Shown here one piece after another: positions 33,301 through 42,300 of a stretch of 64,000 nucleotides of DNA. Below the pieces are notes generated by a model that saw only the letters and a program-made list of their open reading frames with translations, ran no database searches and was not told the DNA's origin. Numbering within the stretch: the first letter of the stretch is position 1; each line of letters starts with the position of its first letter. Source of the stretch: a virus; IMG/VR virus record IMGVR_UViG_3300020193_000005, positions 45,137 through 109,136 of that record; one strand, given 5' to 3'. A program made the position numbers and the translations under genes.

Positions 33301-36300
33301 GAAAAGAAACGTCGAATCAATACCAGGAAAGAATAAGAAGACCGATTCTGGCCCACGCCGCGACGCTGAAAGCCTACGAAGAAATCCTGAAGGTAAAGCT
33401 GAAAGAATTGAACGACTTGATGGCCGGCGATAAGACGTCAAAATCCGAGGCGGTAGACAAATACAGAAAAGCAGTCGTAGGCGTGTATGCCGACATCGTC
33501 AATATCACCAGAGCGATCAGGAAGATGCATAGAGACTCCGTTGCGTCGAAAAGGGCATTGGATGCAATCGACGAAGAGATTGAACAAATTCGGGACTACG
33601 TCCAAAGAGCCGCGAAGGCCGTAAACGTCTCGGTAAAAGCAATAAATCAAAGAATGCAAATGATTCGAGCGATAAAGAACGGAATAGCCGCCAGTGGCAC
33701 GGACAGCGGAGCGATGTCGATTCCGATGAAGTTCGGGAGCGAAATTCTCTACATTCCGGCGAATCCGAGAATCACGCGGGAAAAACCGCAGTCCCTTCTG
33801 TCGTCTTTCGAGAAGGCGTTGGTCAGGGCGGCCGCGACCATCGGCGACGGCACCAACGAAATCCCCGAACAGGCCTCGCTGGTTCTCCCGAATCTGCGAA
33901 TGATCCGCTCTGGTTTGTTCGAGGAGTTCGTCGGTTTGCCGAATAGAAATTCGGTTCGGTCGATAGGAAACTCCCTCAGGGTTGCGCTCAACAAATTCGC
34001 CTCGGCGGTTACCGCCGAGGAATTCCTGAGAGAGTCGATGGGCGACAGATTCGTAAATTTCCGCTCCTTGGGCTTCAATCTTCTCCCGGAAAAGACTAGA
34101 AGAATCGCCGAGGACGCCATCCTCGACGGAACCATGGTTTCTTCCGCCAATAACGGCGTCACCGAAAACGACGCCATAGGCGCGATGATCATGCACGCCG
34201 AAGCAACGGAGGCGGTCAGGAACGCCATAATCGGGAGCTCGATACGGGACGCGGCGGAATACCTAAACGTCTCCCAGGACACGGTGCGAGACGCGATAGA
34301 GACGGAAAGCAAGTTGGCCGATTTGACAAGAGACGTGACGAGGGCTCATTCCCTGGCGAGACGTCTATCCAAGTCGAACGATAGGAGATACACGTCGAAC
34401 TTCGTGAGACGAAAGTTTTACGACCTAATCCAGGACGGGTTCCCGGAGGAAAGACTTCTGTATCCCTCAACGTTCTCGAGAAATCAGGCGGTGGCCGCAG
34501 CACAAAATGCCTTGAGGGTCAACGAAATTTACGGTCTCACGGAACAGGAACTAATGGCCGCTTCCGGATCGGACGAAGAAATATCTAGGTTGATTTCCTA
34601 CCTAAGAACCAGGGAAGCCAAAGCGTCGGCGAGAAAGTTCAACGACTTGCCAGAAAACTGGACGAGAATGTCGTTCGCCGAAAAGAACTCTTGGTTGTCG
34701 TCCGAGGAGGGCCTGCGCGCTTTCGGAAGATTTGGAGTAATGGTTCAGGCACAGTTGATTCAACAAGAAATAAACGATTTCGGAATACCCGACGGTCCAG
34801 TTTTTGCGATGGGAACGAAGATATTCGAAAAAGAAACGATGATTCCGTCGATGATAAACGAAAGAGGAGTTAGCAGGCTGTTCGTCGCCGACCCGTTGAC
34901 ATCGTACGATCTGCTTCGTTCGGGGAATAATTCGTACTTGATGCTTGAGGATAGATTGCCGTCGTTGTACGAGATATCCGACGAGGGTATGGCGAGGTTC
35001 CTGAATTCCTCTCCGGAATTGATTTCCGAATTCAGAAACGGAAATCTCATGCTTTCGGAAAAAGCCGCCGAAAAAATTGCCAAAGCCGTCGGCTTGGATT
35101 ACGCGGAAATATGGGGTATGCGCAGACCGCAGATAGCTACCAACGAGGGGAATTTCTACTGGCTGGCGAGCAACTGGGCGCTCGTGGGTCCGACGATATC
35201 GGCGATCAACGACGGAACGCCGACCAATTCCATATCCGATTTGGTGAACGACGGGGGGAGAAAGATACCGCAGAAAGTAAGCGAGTTGATTTCCTCCGGG
35301 GTGGTCGACGCTTTCTACGACGCGGTCAATCCGAACGGAATAACCCAGGCCGACGCCGACGGGTACATCGCGTCGCTGGGCAAAAAGAAACGAAAGGAAG
35401 TAATATCGATTCTGGCTTCCGCTGGTTACGGGGAATCCGAAATCGTGGCGAGCACCGGTTTCAACCCGAACACGGTTAGAAACGTTCTCAGGGAGACGAG
35501 AATGTCGGGCATGGCTCCCGCGGCCGTCGGTTCACGAGAGTGGACGATGAGCAACGCTCGGGCCATCAGGGCGGACTCCAAGAACGGCGTATCCAAGCGG
35601 GAGTTGATGAGAAAGTACGGAATAGGCGCCAGGAGCCTGAACTCGATTCTTTCCGAGGGGTCTTCGGTCGCGTACAGGTCGGCTTACCGTTCGGATTCCG
35701 GAGCGATGGCGAGCAGAAGACTGAACGACGAGGCGAAGGTCGCAAGACGCGAGGCGACGGATCAAGACAAAATCGTCGTCGGCGAGGAGATGGGAATAAC
35801 CAAGGACGTTATGGGGAACGAAATACGGGACATACCCGGATTCCACCCGATAGTCGCGCGCGTGGCGAATCCTTTCGAGGCGGAAAACGGAGCCGGGCTC
35901 AACGCTGACGGAACCAATAAGGTCGAGTCGCCGGAAAATACCGTGATTGAAAACATCGTTATGATGTGGAAGTCAATTACCGATCTCTTCGTGAACTACG
36001 CCCTATCCGGGGGAAGAATAAGACTTCCCTCCGACAAATTCCGTTACGTCGCCGGATTCGGAGAAGACGTCCTGGTGGATCTGGTCTGGGCGGACAAAGT
36101 ATCCAACATGGGTAGGGAGACGAACTCCTACGGAACGACGTACGCTAAAACTCAGCTTGACGCGATGCGGGGGGAATTCAGTTTCGCCATCAAAACTTTG
36201 CTGAAAAAAGTGATGGAAGAAAAAGAACTTCGGGGGGGAATCGACGGTCTTGCCAACGCGATCGCCGGTCAGCTCGGTCTCGTCCCGAGTTTGTTCGGAT

Positions 36301-39300
36301 ACATGTTCGCCATGCACGAAAATTTGGACGAGGTAATACAAGATTCGACTCCGGGTAGATCGCGCACCCCGTTCAAGCCGTTCGGCACGCAATACAAACG
36401 AGCCCTCAAGGCGGTGCTCGCGGCCGACGACCTCTCTCAAACAATTAACGGGGTTCGTAAATCCGAGGACGCAATCAGCCCGCTCTTGCGCGATCCGAGA
36501 CAGATGATGAAGTACATTCCGGAGGATCTGAAGCGACGTTACACGGAGACCATTACAACGACCGACTCCGAACCGGCACAGGTTGAGGTGTCGGGATTCA
36601 ACGGACAAGAAGACGTGCGGGTTCTCGCCTACGTGGCATCCACAATCGCCGACCTCGCAAGTGGCGACGTTGATCGATACTTCGATGAGACGTCCCCTGG
36701 TGACACGACGATGTATTTCAACAGTCCGGAAGGAAAATTCATCGCCCTGATGGTGGCGCTGGGCAACATCAGACCGACATTTAGGTATCTACCGTACGCA
36801 AACACCCTCGGTATGTACTACAGCGGAAACGAAAACGACGAAGTGCTTGACGGTTCGGGTTTCGTGCGTGAGGTAATTTCGGAGATAGAACAAAACTACG
36901 CCGCGTGGGCGGAGCGATTCATTGATCGGTTGACCCCGATGGTGAACGACGGGGATCAAAATATGCGACTTTACGACGTGTCAAATTTCCGTGATCCGCT
37001 TACGGATGGATCGAATTGGGGAAAGAGAGTTTTCCTCGACGGAACAAATTTCAACAACAGCATCAAAGATGCGCTATTCCTGCAAGGGCAAATCGACGAC
37101 TCCGATCAGCCGACTTCCATGGTGTTGCAACTGTCGATGACTGGAGACGGGAGCGTCGTGCCGAGTTTGTCGGTCCTGGATTCGATCATTGCGCCGATGG
37201 AGGAGGCTTATTTTTTCGCTCCAGATATCAGGGACGGCATACCGGTCTCGAATTCGGGATTTTCGTTCGTCATGCCGTCGCCGATGCGGGAAACAATCAG
37301 GAGAGCGAGGGGCGACATAACCGCCGAGGGCATATTGGCGGCCGGAGAAATGGGCATAAGCATCCCTTCGTCCGAGATCGTCGAAGAGAAGTTGAGCAAT
37401 TTCATTACGCCCGAAAATTACGGGGGAGACACCGAATATTATCCGGGCATAGAAAATATGATCCGTTGGATGGTGGAACGAGGACTCGCCTCGGAGATAG
37501 TAAGGGGTCTCGATTCTCAATCGCCCGGCAGTAAGTACTCAGTCGATCCCGCCGTATTGGAAGAAATAGACATTTTGACGAGAAGCGAACCCGACTTGTT
37601 TCCGAGCGGCGGCCGCTCCGCCCCCATAGATTACACGCTCTCCCCGGATTTGGCGGCTTTGGAAAAGCTAGTGAAAGCGCCGAACGTATCCACGTCGGTT
37701 CCGCTATTCAAGAGGCAGGATTACTTCCACCTAAGGGACGCCATCCCCTATCTCGTATCGCTACTCGAGGTGATGAAACAGCGGAATACGGCGACGTTGC
37801 CGCCTTCGTACGATCTCATGCCGATCCTGAACGCAGAAACAGGCGACGTCATAGGTATGTCCCCCGGCAACATTGTTGATTCGGGTATCGATCCGACGGT
37901 ATCCCTGAACCCGAATTACTGGCCGAGGGCGACGAGATTTTCACAGATGATCATAGAAGCCGTACAGCAATCCGAAAAAATCGCCGGCTTTCCCGCGGAG
38001 CTAAAACAAATAGTCAACGAAATGACCCCGAGGGAGTTTGCCCTTCTCGATTGGATCGTTTCCATGAATCAGTCGTTACAACCCATTTTTGAGTTGTGGG
38101 ACACGAGCACGCTTGTGGCATTCGAACAAGAAGGATCGCATCCTTCGTTCAACACTAGGCGCACGATGGCGGGCACAACCGAGTATCCGTCCAGCATCTT
38201 CTCGACTGGCGAGAGGGCGTCCGGACTGCCGCTCGTAGTTCCGCCGAAAAACGTCAGAGGTCAGCAATTGACGGCGTTCGATGGCCAGGATCAGGTGCTG
38301 GATCAGGTTCCTTTCGGTTCGGAAAGAATTGAGTTCGGCGGAACGCAACCCAACAGCGTCGTCGACGATCAGGTCTACGCCTACGCAATGGATCAAATAT
38401 TCAAAAAACTCGCGTCCTACGGATCCAAGTCGTCGGAAACTTTGGTAAACGAAGTGATTTTCAACTCTCCGGTAATCCAAACGCTAAAAAACAAAACGCA
38501 GATAGACGACGACGACCTGAGAACGCTCCTTGACGACGGCAAGGAATCCGGGGAAGTGGTGGCGATGATTTTGTCCGACCTTTTGGCCGAGGGGATCATG
38601 CGGGCGGCCGTTAGAGAATCCGGAGCGAATATAAGGTACGCTCCGTTCTCGAGCGGAGACGAATCAATCAGGGTCGACGGCGTTCGGGGAGAAAATCTCC
38701 GCAAGTTTTTGGACGCGGTCCGACCCAGGCGAGATTTTTACGGATTTTGGTCGATGTACGGACCCGACGTCGTTTATTCCCTTCCCAACAACGACGAGCC
38801 TTATCTTCCGATTTGGGAAGACGACCGCAAACTGACGGAGTTTTTCGGCGTTCGACCTTACGCACCGGAAATTTTCTTCCCATACGGATCAACGGAAAAA
38901 CTGGAGAACGACGCCTCCCTGAAGGGCAGTCTCGTAGGAACCAACGAATTGTTCGACGCTCTACAAAGAAGTCCGTCCCGCTGGTGGTGGGATAGACAGG
39001 CGCCGCTAATCGGATCAACGGCAGACGATGGAAACGTTACGACCCCGGAAGCGATCGTCGACGATGCCGAAAGAACGGCGTCCCAGTACGTATTGAACAT
39101 GTCCCCGGACGAGCTGATCGAATACCTTCTCTCCGTCCAAGAGAGCGCATCGGGAAGAAGAACGGAAGAATCGGGAGTCGCAGTTAGACCGCCGAATTTA
39201 CCGTCGATTTTGCGACGAGCTTTCGGCGACATGAACGATTTGACTTTCGAAAACATTCCGTATAACAAACTGGACGAATGGACCGGCACGATAGTTTCGG

Positions 39301-42300
39301 AGCTCAACCCTCGCGACGTTACGCCCGAAAGAGTGATGGAAGAACTGCGCAGAATATTCCCGTACATGGGCAACGGAGACGAGGACTATTTCCCAGTAGT
39401 CGGAACGCTCTTTGACGAAGCGATGGAGACACTGTCCAGGTTCGGCGACGAAAGTGACCCGCTAAAGATGAGTCCTTCGCAATTTTTCGGCGGAGAAAAA
39501 CTGGACGAGCTCGCAGAAATTAGTTCGCGTACCCGAGAAGAAATAGAATCCAGAATAAGGGCGATCATGCGTTTTCCTGAGATTTTCAACGACCAAACGT
39601 TGATTTCGGACAACGATAGTTTGCTCAAAGCAATCGGCTACGTGGAAAGCGAAACCGTCAGGAAAGCCCGCTTCAGCAATCTGATGTCCCAGCTGAGACA
39701 ATCCCTCGATACGCAAATGAGAAGGGTCGCCGAGGGTCAGAGGATGTTGAACGATTTGAGGAGAGCCGCGGCCGTACTGACGAAACCCGACGATCAATTT
39801 GCGAAAATGTCCTCGGTGGCGATGGCGATAAACGAATACATAGATTCCCGTCGGGTGGCCGGGGACATAAACGACGTCACCGCTTTTAGGTTGAAGTCCG
39901 AACTTCAACAAATCATAATCAGAAACGTCTTCGGTACGGAAATTGACGGCGTCGGAGGTAGCGCGCTCATGATGCAATTCGCAGACATGATTCCGTACAT
40001 ACCGGAAAGATTGGAGTCCTTCTCTAGAACGCGGGACGAAGCGAGAAGCGGTTACAAGACCATCTACGACTCAATCATATCCTCGGGAACCTCTCCTTTC
40101 GTCGGCGTCAAGGCGACCTTTCCCACCCTGGCCGACGTGGAAAATTTCATGTCCGAGTTCGAGAAAGAAACGGGTAGACCCTTCGATCCGGACAAAGACA
40201 TGAATGCGATCCCGGCGGGTGGCAACATTCCGTCGAACATTTTCGTCAGAATATTGGCGCAAAGAATCAACGACGACGCGACGGAAAGCTTGGTGGATCG
40301 CGGCCTGCCGCTACCACAATCCGAGAACGCGGAATTGCTGGCCATTCTCGACGCTCTTTCGCAGGCACAGACGATGATCTACGCAAAACTTAGGGGTTTT
40401 GAGCGGGCGGACGCCAACGCGGGGGTCTTCGGAAACGTCAAGACGATGAAGGACGTCGGCAGGGAGATATCGGAACTGACCGCCAGAAACGAAGCGGTAA
40501 AAGCTCGATACAAGCTGATAGGTCGCTATAAAGCCGAGGTCGTGGATCCGATGCTCGAGTCTTTCAACGACAACCAGGAAGAAAACCTGCAGAAGATGAA
40601 GACGTTCAGGGAATGGTTGGCGGACTCGGGTTACGAGGACATGTTGGGAGACGGTTCCGACTCGGATTCGGGAGCCATGTCGACTCATGCCATGGTCGTG
40701 TCAAGGTTCAACGATCCGGCGAGAGCGGCGATTCTTTACGGAGCGGACGAATCCATGGCAGACAAGACGGATTTCGTGACGACCGGTCACTTGCTCATCG
40801 GGGCGTGGAGAGCGGTGGAATCCGTCATGGAGGAAGAAGGATCCTTGAAGCTTTCTCAAATAGCCTCCGTTACGACCCTGAGAAATGTTCTCGCCAACAT
40901 GAACAAGGCCGCCGGAAAAGACAGGGGAAACAAGCCGAGAATCACCGACTTTACCGCGCACGCGAAAAAAGCCATGACGAACGCAATTCTCGTCGCTTCG
41001 CAAAGGGGATCCGATCTAATAGACGTAGCGGATCTCGTGTCAGCGATTCTTAGACCGTCCCTGAACGAGGGCAAAGACGACGGTTTGGGCGACGCGCTTT
41101 CCGAGGCGGGAATATCGGTTGCCGATACCCTTCTGGCTTTCCAGGGGTACTTGACGGCAGCGACCGCCCCCGCTCAAGCCGACTCCGGCTCGATGACCGT
41201 GGGAAGAGCCGTAGACGCCAGAAGAGAATCGGTCAGGGAAAGAACAAGGGCGCGTCTAGCGCATAAGGCGGCGTGGTTCAACCCGTACGGAGCTTATTTG
41301 CTCGGGAAGAGCGACGACGGCGAGATTCCGCCCGGATTCTCGCAGATAAATATTTCGCCCGAAAAAATCAACGACGAAGCCCTGGTTAGGGAAGTCTCCA
41401 GACTGGGCGACATCTACGCCATGTCGATAACGTCGGGCGCGCTTCCTGCGGAGGATTTCCGATCCGGCGAATCGCCGTTCGACGACGTACCGGAACGACC
41501 GTTCAATTCAATATCGACTTTCGGGGAGCTCGGGCAAAGACCGACGGATCTGGTCGGAGCCATCCGTGACGCGATAACGAGGGCCGACGCGTTGATCGTC
41601 GATCAGACGCAACGGGACAGGTTGAATCAATACCTCGCCGACATGAAGTTGATGTTCGACAATTACCTGCACGTCGACGAAGTAATGGGTGGCGATTCCG
41701 GGGCGATGAGAAGAAGAAATCCCCGTACCATCGCCGAAATAATAGAGCCGATCAGGGACATGTTCGCGAAGGAAGAAAAATACGGACAAAAGAAGTATTA
41801 CGAGCACATCTACGGTCCCGTTTACGATACTCAAAGCCAGTTGAACAAGTCCGCTAGATACGAGGCGTATAGGTCGCCGTTCGAGCTGTCCAATAATCTC
41901 AGGATAGAAAAAGACGACATTCAGTGGAGCACCAACGACTGGGTCTACAAGAAGGACGACAAATTCATAGAGGCCGCGGACGCCGTGATAATCAAAATGC
42001 GGGACGGAAACTTCGCCACCGCACAAGTGGCCATGATCACCAGGAAGAGCGGTCCGTTCAGGGGATCCATATCTACGGTCGGAGGTCTGAGGGACGGCGA
42101 CGAAGATTTGATGACCACCGCCATAAGAGAGGCGACGGAAGAAGTCGGACTGCCCGAGGAGATGATCCTGCAGGCGGTTCCGCTCGGAATGATAGAAGCC
42201 CCGGACTGGGATCCGCGATTCGCGAACGGAATAAGAGTGGCGGCGGGAATGTTCGTCGTCCCCTGGGATACGGATCTTTCCGCCGGATCCGACGCAAGCG

